Shown: positions 9,335 to 17,804 of the stretch, one piece after another
How positions within the stretch are numbered: position 1 is the first letter of the stretch
How the letters are laid out: every line of letters starts with the position of its first letter
Virus record (IMG/VR): IMGVR_UViG_3300023174_004273
Span: 1 to 64,000 of that record
Direction: 5' to 3' (one strand)
Length of the DNA stretch: 64,000 bases
Source: a virus
Made by a program: the position numbers and the translations under genes
Notes under the pieces: model-generated
The model's input: only the letters and a program-made list of their open reading frames with translations
Databases searched by the model: none
Told to the model about the DNA's origin: nothing

Positions 9335-9577
9335 CTATTTTATAGGCAAACTCTTTAACAACTCAATACATTCATTAAATGCTATCTGTGCGTCCAACTC
9401 GCCGGCACTGAGTTGAATGTTTTCTAATCGTTGTAGATCAACTAGAAGTTCTTGATATTCTGCGTCATCAATGTCACCTCTGGCCAGGGCATCTCGATAG
9501 CTTACAGCCATGCGAACTCTGTTGCCAAGTTCACCTTCTGAATTACAAAAGTTATTTACTACGTCTATTAAACTCAT
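9335..9577 (-). CDS. Hypothetical protein
   Basis: ORF coupled to upstream lipoprotein gene. Confidence 0.55.
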   Translation of the reverse strand: MSLIDVVNNFCNSEGELGNRVRMAVSYRDALARGDIDDAEYQELLVDLQRLENIQLSAGELDAQIAFNECIELLKSLPIK

Positions 9578-9966
9578 GGTCTGGGTCTCCTACCACTGAC
9601 GTCAAGCATGCGAGTCGTGGCTTCATGTATAATTTTTATTTTGGCTCGGCAGTAAAACTGGCTGGGCGGTCGGTCTTTTTGATATGCTGTACGGAAATCT
9701 TGTGTGACTCCGGCAAGGTTTCGTGTCATATCTGTCAGCGCATTGTTGCGAGGTATTGATGCGCTGTAGATTTTCAACCATTGTGCTGAATGATCTATGT
9801 CACGTGCCACGGTGGCCATGTTGGGTTGGGCACAAACAGAATCATCCTGGCTCAGCAGGATGATATCGGTGATGCGAGCTTGTTCATTGTTATCAAAATA
9901 GCTGGGAAACAATGCACAAGCTGAAAGTGTTAGCGCGACACTAACTGCCGCGATTGTATTTTTCAT
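9574..9966 (-). CDS. Putative lipoprotein
   Basis: MK-hydrophobic-LSAC lipobox. Confidence 0.65.
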   Translation of the reverse strand: MKNTIAAVSVALTLSACALFPSYFDNNEQARITDIILLSQDDSVCAQPNMATVARDIDHSAQWLKIYSASIPRNNALTDMTRNLAGVTQDFRTAYQKDRPPSQFYCRAKIKIIHEATTRMLDVSGRRPRP

Positions 9967-10315
9967 AAACGCCGTTCCAATCCGGACCTGGGTCCTGTTC
10001 TTTGTACTTAGCTATTCTCTTGGAAATCTCATCGTAGAAGCTGTTCACTGTACCGCCCCAAGCACCACGCAGATGTTCAAGAGCCTGTTCACAAAAGTTC
10101 CAATCACGCTTGCGATAGTTTTCCATGAGTTTGGTATGCAGGCGCTGTAGGCTTTCCATTTTGCCTATGTCAGCCAAGGGTATCTGTTCTCTTTCCAATA
10201 CACAGTAGCTATCAAGCACAGGACCTTGCGGCTCAATCTGTATGCGATCCAACTCCAGCACTGTGTACTTGGTTTTCATTTCTTCTGCTACGTCGTTGCC
10301 AAATATTATGTGCAT
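9941..10315 (-). CDS. Protein resembling the C-terminal tail of class III adenylate cyclases (no catalytic core)
   Basis: ELDRI...YRKRDW...FY..ISKRI...PGPDWNGVY pattern. Confidence 0.45.
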   Translation of the reverse strand: MHIIFGNDVAEEMKTKYTVLELDRIQIEPQGPVLDSYCVLEREQIPLADIGKMESLQRLHTKLMENYRKRDWNFCEQALEHLRGAWGGTVNSFYDEISKRIAKYKEQDPGPDWNGVYEKYNRGS

Positions 10316-10336
10316 ATTAAATCCTTTTAAATATGT

Positions 10337-11131
10337 ATGATGAAAATTGCATTTGACTTAATTTCAGATCTACATGTAGACACATGGGATCAACCTTTTG
10401 ATTGGACCGGGCAGGCCACCAGTATGCTGTGTATCGTTGCCGGGGATATCTCGCGAGACCGCGCAGTGGTAATAGAAACACTCGCACATCTTGGCGAATG
10501 CTATCGCGCAGTATTTTACATAGATGGCAACGATGAACACAGGTTTACTCTTGATGATTTGGGAGAGAGTTATCGTAGTCTGGTACAAGAAATAGAAAAC
10601 ATACCCAATGTAACATACATGCAAGACAATGTTTGCATAGTAGACGGGGTGGCATTTCTAGGAACCAATGGGTGGTGGACATTTGACATGGATCCAGAAA
10701 TAGATTATGATCAAAGCAGGATGTGGTTCCGTGATCGCTATCAGATCAATGACACCGCGGTAAACAGCGTGGAAGCCATGGCATTCAGTGACTATGCTTA
10801 TCTGGCCAAATCTGTAGAAAGATTACAAACGCATCAAGACGTAAAAAACATAGTGCTGGTCACTCACACTGTTCCTTCTGTGGATCTTATCGCGCACGAT
10901 GCAGACCTAGCTGGAAGTTACAGACTCAACTGCTCAGGCAACAGTCACATACTCAAAGTGTTCCAAGGCGACACTGAACGTAAAATAAGCACCTGGTGTT
11001 TTGGGCACTATCACAATGACATTGACAGCAACGTGGCTGGCATAAGATTTGTCAATAACTGCCGGGGTCGTGGACAGACCCCTTGGGGTAAGTCAGTGTA
11101 CTATCCCAAAAGGATAGAAGTAGAAATCTAA
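10337..11131 (+). CDS. Calcineurin-like metallophosphoesterase
   Basis: SDLH, AGD, GNDE, THT, GHYH motifs. Confidence 0.88.
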   Translation: MMKIAFDLISDLHVDTWDQPFDWTGQATSMLCIVAGDISRDRAVVIETLAHLGECYRAVFYIDGNDEHRFTLDDLGESYRSLVQEIENIPNVTYMQDNVCIVDGVAFLGTNGWWTFDMDPEIDYDQSRMWFRDRYQINDTAVNSVEAMAFSDYAYLAKSVERLQTHQDVKNIVLVTHTVPSVDLIAHDADLAGSYRLNCSGNSHILKVFQGDTERKISTWCFGHYHNDIDSNVAGIRFVNNCRGRGQTPWGKSVYYPKRIEVEI

Positions 11132-11442
11132 GCTGTGTCAGGCTCTAGTTTGACTTGTAGTGGGTAGCCCGCACCTCTGGCGTCCACTGTGACTTCGATA
11201 CCTTTTTGTTCGGCCATTTCATAGGGTAACACAGCTACTACCGCTGAGCCTGCTTCGTGTATGTCCACTGTGAGCTTTTCGGCTGTAGACGGACTGTAAT
11301 CAAAATGTTCTACTAGGCTTCCGATCACAAACTCCATGCTGGTCTGATTATCATTGAGATAAATGACCTTGAACATGGGAGGTTCTTTGACGTCTTCTCT
11401 GGGTTTTATTGTAGTTTTTGTTTCAATAGCAGTATCGGTCAT
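11128..11442 (-). CDS. clpS: ATP-dependent Clp protease adaptor ClpS
   Basis: PPMFKVIYLNDNQTSMEFV, IHEAG, AEQK, YPL motifs; likely start MTDT. Confidence 0.9.
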   Translation of the reverse strand: MTDTAIETKTTIKPREDVKEPPMFKVIYLNDNQTSMEFVIGSLVEHFDYSPSTAEKLTVDIHEAGSAVVAVLPYEMAEQKGIEVTVDARGAGYPLQVKLEPDTA

Positions 11443-11512
11443 CTTTTTCCCTTGGATTGTGTGGGGGCTTTTCAACCCCCACTTGTATTTACGATGTTAC
11501 ACTAGTATTATA

Positions 11513-11953
11513 TCACTTTGTGTAAGTGATTGCAATACGCTTTGGCTTCATTTCTTCAGGCACAATGCGTTGCAGAGTCACTGTCAAAATACCATCTTTC
11601 ATAATGGCTTCTTTGACTTCTACATAATCACTGAGCTGGAAAGTACGGATGAACTTGCGAGCTGAAATACCGCGATGCAAGTATTGTGTTTCGCTGTCAT
11701 CTGTGTTCTTTTCACCTGTGATCACGAGATTACCATCGTGGAAGTTGATTTCTACTTCACCTTCGGCAAACCCTGCTACAGCGATTTGGATTTCGTAGGA
11801 ATCTTCTCCAGTTTTGATGATGTTGTAGGGAGGGTAGTTATTGGCGTTTGAACTGGCCAAATCGATGTTGTGCATGAGGCGATCGAAAAGACCGTCAATG
11901 CCAATGGCTTGACGATAGAATGGTGAGAGATCTAGGGATGTGATTTTAGTCAT
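11513..11953 (-). CDS. Small heat-shock protein Hsp20/IbpA-like
   Basis: NYPPYNI, IAVAGF, YLHRGIS.RKF, GILTV, PEEMKP..I.I; AAGGAG RBS before MTKI. Confidence 0.93.
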   Translation of the reverse strand: MTKITSLDLSPFYRQAIGIDGLFDRLMHNIDLASSNANNYPPYNIIKTGEDSYEIQIAVAGFAEGEVEINFHDGNLVITGEKNTDDSETQYLHRGISARKFIRTFQLSDYVEVKEAIMKDGILTVTLQRIVPEEMKPKRIAITYTK

Positions 11954-12008
11954 AATTTTCTCCTTTTTAAGCAAGTTGACTAACGTAGGCCCGACCATCG
12001 GCACCTAC
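11954..12008 (-). promoter_or_regulatory. ROSE-like RNA thermometer in hsp20 5' UTR
   Basis: mRNA CUUGCUU-AAA-AAGGAG (UUGCU opposite the SD) preceded by a GUAGG..CCGA-UGG-UCGG..CCUAC hairpin. Confidence 0.6.
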
Positions 12009-12013
12009 AAATA

Positions 12014-12044
12014 TATTTATACAGGAAAATCAGGATTCTGTCAA
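12014..12044 (-). promoter_or_regulatory. Overlapping sigma70-like and T4-late-like promoter of hsp20
   Basis: TTGACA-17 nt-TATAAA, the -10 being part of TATAAATA. Confidence 0.65.
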
Positions 12045-12307
12045 TATCTTTCGCCGGCTACATTTACCAGTTCATATTCTAACCAGCTGGGATATTTGTT
12101 CTTGTGCCCAGGGTTCCAAGTCATAGTAAAAAAACTATAAGTTTCATCGTGATCAAACGCCACACGATGATCATATTTTATGGTTTTTTCGGTGTATCTG
12201 ATGTTGTAGCGTTGGGCCCATTGAGCTACTTCATCTTTGATTATGCTCAAAGCATAAGTGGCTGTTTGCCCACCTGCGCCTTTGGGCAAGTGGAATACAA
12301 TATACAT
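12041..12307 (-). CDS. Hypothetical protein
   Basis: ORF coupled to rpsU stop (TGATG). Confidence 0.55.
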   Translation of the reverse strand: MYIVFHLPKGAGGQTATYALSIIKDEVAQWAQRYNIRYTEKTIKYDHRVAFDHDETYSFFTMTWNPGHKNKYPSWLEYELVNVAGERY

Positions 12308-12519
12308 CAGTATAACTTGGGTGGAAGCTGTTGGCTACGTAGATATTTTTGCCAGCGTTTTTTGGCAGCCGACGCTTTGAGCTTGCGTCGTGTGGTTGGT
12401 TTTACAAACTGTTCACGTTCTTTTAACTCAAACAGCAAGCCAGAGTTCTGTATCTTTTTCTTGAACTTGCGCAGGGCTTTTTCGATATTGCCATCTCGTA
12501 CTTCTACACTTTTTCCCAA
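12307..12519 (-). CDS. rpsU: 30S ribosomal protein bS21
   Basis: V.VRDGNIEKALRKFKKK...ELKERE.FVKPT..RK; C-terminal RSQQLPPKLY; TTG start after GGAG. Confidence 0.92.
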   Translation of the reverse strand: MGKSVEVRDGNIEKALRKFKKKIQNSGLLFELKEREQFVKPTTRRKLKASAAKKRWQKYLRSQQLPPKLY

Positions 12520-12520
12520 A

Positions 12521-13720
12521 CTATTCCTCCTTGTAAACGGGTGTAGGATTATTTATTTGAGTCTTGTCAATAACTACGCGGTTTATTCCGCGGTCTTTGT
12601 AGCGTTTGATATTGAACATGTGCGGCATCAGCACACGTTCCATTTCGGAATGTAGCGCACGGGCACCAGTGCCAAAATCAGCAGATCTGCGAGCGATAGT
12701 TTCCAGGGCACCACGATCAAAGTCTAGATCTACTTTGTCCACTGCAAACAGTTGTTGATATTGTTTGACCAAACTGTTCTTGGTGTCTGTGAGAACATGC
12801 ACAAGATCATCCGTGGTCAGTTCATCCAAGTTGACCCAGCTGGGAAAACGCCCCACAAACTCGGGGATCATGCCAAACTTCACAAGATCATCGGGCACCA
12901 CTTGGTCAAGACTGACATCCTTGGTCTGTTTGACTTCGGCATTGAATCCCATGGAACTACCATATAATCTTTTCTGTACCAGGGTTTCAAGACCCACGAA
13001 TGCTCCACCGGCAATGAATAAGATATTACGGGTGTCAATCTCGATCATTTCACCGCCGGGGTGTTTGCGACCTCCCTGTGGCGGTACACGACACACAGTG
13101 CCTTCTACCATCTTGAGCAAGGCCTGTTGCACACCTTCACCGGATACGTCTCTGGTAATGGAGGTAGATTCACTTTTGCGGGCGATCTTGTCGATCTCGT
13201 CTACAAACACAATGCCTCGTTTGCATTTTTCTACGTCACCGCCTGCGGCTGTGAGCAATCTCACTATGAGACTTTCTACGTCATCGCCTACATATCCTGC
13301 TTCGGTTATGCTCGTGGCATCTGCTATGGCAAATGGCACGTCTAAGTATCGTGCCACTGTCTTGGCCAACAGAGTTTTGCCTGATCCTGTGGGCCCAAGC
13401 ATGAGTATATTGGCCTTGTCTATTTCTACATCTTTGTTGGAGTGTTGTATGCGCTTGTAATGATTGGCGATAGCTACACTGAGCACAGTTTTGGCGCGGT
13501 CTTGGCCGATCACATATAGATCGAGATAGGCTTTGAGCTCTTGAGGATCGATGTCAGTGAGGTTTTTTGTACCCGGTTTGATGTCTTCGTCGATCAGCAG
13601 GCTCTGGCAGAGATCCACACACTCATTGCAAATGGCCACTTCGTTGCCCACTATGAGCTTGTTGACTTCGTCTTTGTGTTTGTTACAAAAACTACAGTGT
13701 TCGTAGAGTTTTTCAGACAT
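12521..13720 (-). CDS. clpX: ATP-dependent Clp protease ATPase ClpX
   Basis: CSFC..ICNEC Zn finger, GPTGSGKT, DEIDK, RDVSGEGVQQALLK, GRKHP, MGF loop, TGARAL. Confidence 0.96.
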   Translation of the reverse strand: MSEKLYEHCSFCNKHKDEVNKLIVGNEVAICNECVDLCQSLLIDEDIKPGTKNLTDIDPQELKAYLDLYVIGQDRAKTVLSVAIANHYKRIQHSNKDVEIDKANILMLGPTGSGKTLLAKTVARYLDVPFAIADATSITEAGYVGDDVESLIVRLLTAAGGDVEKCKRGIVFVDEIDKIARKSESTSITRDVSGEGVQQALLKMVEGTVCRVPPQGGRKHPGGEMIEIDTRNILFIAGGAFVGLETLVQKRLYGSSMGFNAEVKQTKDVSLDQVVPDDLVKFGMIPEFVGRFPSWVNLDELTTDDLVHVLTDTKNSLVKQYQQLFAVDKVDLDFDRGALETIARRSADFGTGARALHSEMERVLMPHMFNIKRYKDRGINRVVIDKTQINNPTPVYKEE

Positions 13721-13722
13721 GG

Positions 13723-15159
13723 TTATCCTAGTTTGGTGTCGTTACGAAGTCTTTGTTCTATTTGTTGTTTTTCGTTGTCATTCAGTAGATCAGGATCATA
13801 CTCTCCTGATCCAATCTTGGCGATAAGATGATCGATGTATTCGTCGTTGTAGGCAAATGTGTCGGTGGAGTTCTTATCTATTTCAATCCATTTTTGTCCA
13901 TTCCATTTAAACAGTTTGGTTGGGAGATAGTCTACTCTTATGTAAGCATCGCCCTTGACTGGATCGTCTGGAAACTTTGTACCAAAGTCAACATTGGTAA
14001 AGTTTTCATTGCCATCTGCCTTGGCCGACAACATTTGATCTATTTGATCTTGCCAGGGCAGGCGTGTTATTTTGCCTTGTTCCAGCAACATCTCATGACG
14101 ATGTATGGTATCATCAGGATTGGCTGATTTCCAAGCACGTTTGGCCACCTTGTCTGGTGATTTGTCATCTTCAGTTTCTTCTACAGGAGCGGCTTCTGTT
14201 ACTGCTGTTTCGGTATTGACTCTGGCGGAAAGGTCTTGTCCACCCCATTGTGTTTCTGGTATATGTACAGTCTGAGCAAGGGATTGTAAAACAAGATCAT
14301 CTCCTTGGCCATGTCCATCCATATCCGTGGCATTAGGTTCCACATTATCATCCAGTTCCCGGGCATCATTGACCTCCTTGATTATGGGTGTGTCAGTCGG
14401 CGACTCTCGTTCCCACTTGCGACTTTCTGTAAAGGCCAACAACATCATGATGGCCAAAGGATCAAACACTATGACCAAAATGATTATGACCCAGCGTACT
14501 GCTTTTTCCAGCACGTTGGCATCAGGGTTATCGTCATAGATCAAGGCCGCAATATATTTGATTGGTCCTACTTCTGCTTCGACTTTACGGAGTTCTGATG
14601 CTATAGGGGCACGCTCTTCATTGAGAGCGGCTATGCGTTTTTGTGCGTTGGCAATGTCTGTTTGTAACACACCACGTTCACGCTGTTGACTACGTCTCAG
14701 TGCGGCCGCTTTGTCCGCACCTTTTTCATCGTTGCTACGGCTCATGGTTTGATCCACGGATTCATCCATTTGTCGTAGAGCTTTGCGAGCGGCTTCTATG
14801 TTGTCTTTTTCTGTTTTGATCTTTTCGTCTATGAGCTGTACTTTGGCTGCCACATCACCTGTGGGCACTGCTTGATCCAAGTGCGCTTTGCTCAAGAATC
14901 CAAAGATACCCATGGATGTGATGACCATGAGGAAAAACACAGCCGGCACAAGATACAGTTTCATGGCCAGACGACAACGATCCCAGTATTCGTGCAACCA
15001 CACCGTGACCACTAGCTTGGCGGCTTCCAGTATGGAACCCATGATCACGATGGGGACCACGGCGGCGGCAAATATGGCCGCCAGGCCGGCAATGGAGTAG
15101 AATGCGGCCACTGCGCTCAAACACAATGCCACCGCAAGCATGAGATAACTTAAGAGCAT
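13723..15159 (-). CDS. Multi-TM coiled-coil membrane protein
   Basis: Three N-terminal TMs, long coiled coil, further TM (IVFDPLA), acidic linker. Confidence 0.65.
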   Translation of the reverse strand: MLLSYLMLAVALCLSAVAAFYSIAGLAAIFAAAVVPIVIMGSILEAAKLVVTVWLHEYWDRCRLAMKLYLVPAVFFLMVITSMGIFGFLSKAHLDQAVPTGDVAAKVQLIDEKIKTEKDNIEAARKALRQMDESVDQTMSRSNDEKGADKAAALRRSQQRERGVLQTDIANAQKRIAALNEERAPIASELRKVEAEVGPIKYIAALIYDDNPDANVLEKAVRWVIIILVIVFDPLAIMMLLAFTESRKWERESPTDTPIIKEVNDARELDDNVEPNATDMDGHGQGDDLVLQSLAQTVHIPETQWGGQDLSARVNTETAVTEAAPVEETEDDKSPDKVAKRAWKSANPDDTIHRHEMLLEQGKITRLPWQDQIDQMLSAKADGNENFTNVDFGTKFPDDPVKGDAYIRVDYLPTKLFKWNGQKWIEIDKNSTDTFAYNDEYIDHLIAKIGSGEYDPDLLNDNEKQQIEQRLRNDTKLG

Positions 15160-15163
15160 GGAA

Positions 15164-15448
15164 TTATTTACCGGTTTTATGCTTATCCTCCCCGGCGACC
15201 TGTAGGCTGTATTTCACTGAAATCCAAGTGGCAAACCGCAGATCCGGCACGTCAAACCAAACCAGCACAGATGGTTTGTTGTTTCCATATCTTTGACTTT
15301 CAGATAGTTTTCTCTTGACCCGGCCTTGGGTGCGCCAGTTCTTACCAAACCATGCACGACATTCTCTCATGATATCGTACCATTGTTTTTCGGTAGAAAC
15401 GCTGACGTAAAGACGATGTAATCTTGATTCCATATCATATTGTAACAC
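15164..15448 (-). CDS. Hypothetical protein
   Basis: Packed ORF. Confidence 0.55.
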   Translation of the reverse strand: MLQYDMESRLHRLYVSVSTEKQWYDIMRECRAWFGKNWRTQGRVKRKLSESQRYGNNKPSVLVWFDVPDLRFATWISVKYSLQVAGEDKHKTGK

Positions 15449-15451
15449 ATA

Positions 15452-15952
15452 TCACGACCAAGTACGATGCTTTTCGGCAACCCACTCCATCCCGTCGTAT
15501 TCTTCTATTTGCCATTCTACATCAGCGGGGATTTCAACGATCTTCAATGCCGCAAATCTTCCACCAGCACCAGCACCCATTTCTTTGACCACTTGTACCA
15601 ACACAGGATCATCTCTGTCCAAATCGCGATCGGAAAATATCTGCTGTTCGTATAGTTGGTTGTGTTGTACTCTTTCGGCTATGGTCATGCCATGCCAAGT
15701 TTCGGCATCGGGTTCTTGTAGCCGTTGATCATCGGGTACCAGCCAATGCTTGGGTCCTATGAGTCCACCGTACCGATCATTTTCCTCAACATAATACTCT
15801 ATGCCCTTGATTTCTAAATAGCGTTGGATGGCTTCCGTGCTAAGACCAAAACCGCCATGTTGTTCATTGATCACAACATAGCGGACGCCTTGTATTTCAT
15901 TGAGTAACTGCTTTTGATCAGCAGAAAGATTAGGATCTTCAAGTGCTTTCAT
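15452..15952 (-). CDS. Phage hypothetical protein
   Basis: VVIN..HGGFGLS, RDDPVLVQVV, IEEYDGMEWV pattern familiar from phage hypotheticals; likely start MKALED. Confidence 0.65.
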   Translation of the reverse strand: MKALEDPNLSADQKQLLNEIQGVRYVVINEQHGGFGLSTEAIQRYLEIKGIEYYVEENDRYGGLIGPKHWLVPDDQRLQEPDAETWHGMTIAERVQHNQLYEQQIFSDRDLDRDDPVLVQVVKEMGAGAGGRFAALKIVEIPADVEWQIEEYDGMEWVAEKHRTWS

Positions 15953-16226
15953 ATTTGGCCCAAGTGTTGGTTGCATCATCCCAATGACGGGAATCCACTA
16001 TTCGCAAATCCATGGTCCATCCAAATAAGTTTAGCACGATCCATGGTCCAGCATGATCAGTCTGTCGCCAGTTAAGATCTATGCCGAGTTCAAACCAGTT
16101 GAACGCATAGTGACTAAACTGTAGTTCAAGGAACTTATAGGTCGACAGTTGCCATGCACGATTCCATAGGTTTTGGAATGGTTTGCATTGTAAAGGATTT
16201 CGGAATCTAATACCAATGTCTATCAT
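15939..16226 (-). CDS. Hypothetical protein
   Basis: Likely start MIDIG, coupled by ATGA to upstream small ORF. Confidence 0.55.
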   Translation of the reverse strand: MIDIGIRFRNPLQCKPFQNLWNRAWQLSTYKFLELQFSHYAFNWFELGIDLNWRQTDHAGPWIVLNLFGWTMDLRIVDSRHWDDATNTWAKYEST

Positions 16227-16327
16227 ACGATGAGTCCTATCAATATACCAAGACCAAATGATGCTATGGATATGCCCAGCAAGGCCAACGGGTACCAAAG
16301 ATGATCTTCAAGTATGGTTTCAATCAT
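16223..16327 (-). CDS. 34-aa single-TM microprotein (not in ORF track)
   Basis: MIETILEDHLWYPLALLGISIASFGLGILIGLIV; ATGA overlaps at both ends. Confidence 0.6.
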   Translation of the reverse strand: MIETILEDHLWYPLALLGISIASFGLGILIGLIV

Positions 16328-17697
16328 ATCTTTTCTCCTGGTTCCCATCCACGGAAACGTACAAATCTAGGGAATCTCAATGAGTATGTTCCGTCTTGGT
16401 TTTGTGTGACTGCGTCCGCTTGGACTTCAACCACTCGACCAAGAATGTCATTCCGGGCGATCCAATACTCATCACGATTGCCATCAGACAGACCGCTACC
16501 AACATTAACCCTAATATCACGTCCATTGTCAACCCCTTCACATATTATAGCACCTAAACGACCTTGGTTACGACCGGTACCTTCTTCGAAACCAACTATA
16601 TTAAGATCCACAGTGATCGTGGGTTTCCACTTCATCCAAAATGAACTACGTTTACACTCATATGGTGCGCCTACATCTTTGATCATGATGCCTTCATAGC
16701 CTTCTTTCACAGCGTCCTCGGCAAATCTGCGCATGATGTCATGCCCTTCGCTGGTGTCTAGATCAACATCCATGCCTGGCATCACACGCACACAATCGCT
16801 GGCATCAATGGCCTCACGGCTGTCTTCTAAGATTTTGGTACGTTTGTATTGTTGGGCGTTCCAGAAACCACGTTCAAAATCTTGTATAGGTATGACATCA
16901 AACACATAGTAGGTCATGCCTTCTGTTTTGGCATCGCTCTTGCGATGTGCTTGGCGCATGAGCTGTTGGAAACTTTCGCCCACGATCTCACCATCCAACA
17001 CAAACGGACCCTTGGTCGACAGGCTCATCCTGTTGCGGAATGACTCAATGGCTTCAGCCACTTGCGGAAAGTTGTCAAAGGGTTTGCCATTGCGGCTGTA
17101 GAGGTTGACTGTGGTTTTGCTTACTACCGCCAGCACACGCACACCATCCAGCTTGCATTCGATACGCTTGGTACCTTTCATCTTGCTTTGATGATCATTG
17201 GAATCAGTGGCCAGCTGGCAAGTGAATACAGGAATCTTCCATTCCGAGTTGCCTAGCACTTTGTTCAGCGTTTTTTCTGAGATGCCACAGCGTAGATCCT
17301 TGATCAGCACACGGCGGGCCAACCCATTCCACTCGTCTGAGTCAAACCGACTGGCCAGCTCTTCTATCTTGTCTTTCGCCCTACCGCCAGTGATGCTACG
17401 GGTTCGGAGGCCTTCTGTCAGAGCCCAGAACTCTACCCAGGGATTATCTTTCCCAGTGAGTCCTTGAGTCTCTGGAACCTTCTTCACTCCATAGACGAAA
17501 TAAGGATTGTAGGCCAGGTAACAGTTGTATAAAAAACACTGAGCACCTGCTGAGCCCAAGCGGGCGGCCACTAGAGCCTTTTCGATCACTGCTTCTTTGT
17601 GTAGCCTAGAGTCTGAACTTTCGAGATCTTGTATCCAATCTACTGCCACTTTGAGTCCGTTGTATTTTTCATCATGCCTATTGTGAGCCTGTGTCAT
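16324..17697 (-). CDS. ATP-dependent DNA ligase (T4 gp30-like)
   Basis: KLDGVR, LDGE, YVFD, EGIMIK, W.KWKP, SLRFPRF motifs. Confidence 0.95.
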   Translation of the reverse strand: MTQAHNRHDEKYNGLKVAVDWIQDLESSDSRLHKEAVIEKALVAARLGSAGAQCFLYNCYLAYNPYFVYGVKKVPETQGLTGKDNPWVEFWALTEGLRTRSITGGRAKDKIEELASRFDSDEWNGLARRVLIKDLRCGISEKTLNKVLGNSEWKIPVFTCQLATDSNDHQSKMKGTKRIECKLDGVRVLAVVSKTTVNLYSRNGKPFDNFPQVAEAIESFRNRMSLSTKGPFVLDGEIVGESFQQLMRQAHRKSDAKTEGMTYYVFDVIPIQDFERGFWNAQQYKRTKILEDSREAIDASDCVRVMPGMDVDLDTSEGHDIMRRFAEDAVKEGYEGIMIKDVGAPYECKRSSFWMKWKPTITVDLNIVGFEEGTGRNQGRLGAIICEGVDNGRDIRVNVGSGLSDGNRDEYWIARNDILGRVVEVQADAVTQNQDGTYSLRFPRFVRFRGWEPGEKI

Positions 17698-17747
17698 GCC
17701 TGTTCCTTTGTATTTAGGTCGATATCAAAGACCATTTCACATCAGTT

Positions 17748-17776
17748 ATTATAACGGAAAAGGATTTACCGGTCAA
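17748..17776 (-). promoter_or_regulatory. Sigma70-type promoter of the ligase operon
   Basis: GG-TTGACC-17 nt-TATAAT; a CTAAATA motif also lies at 17711-17717. Confidence 0.75.
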
Positions 17777-17804
17777 CCAGCGATTTTGGCAAAGTTAGTG
17801 TGTA

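Noticed and set aside
12765-13460. Long antisense ORFs (here, and e.g. 36526-37068, 12104-12655)
   Set aside because: Shadows of well-supported genes on the opposite strand, with no motifs or RBS.
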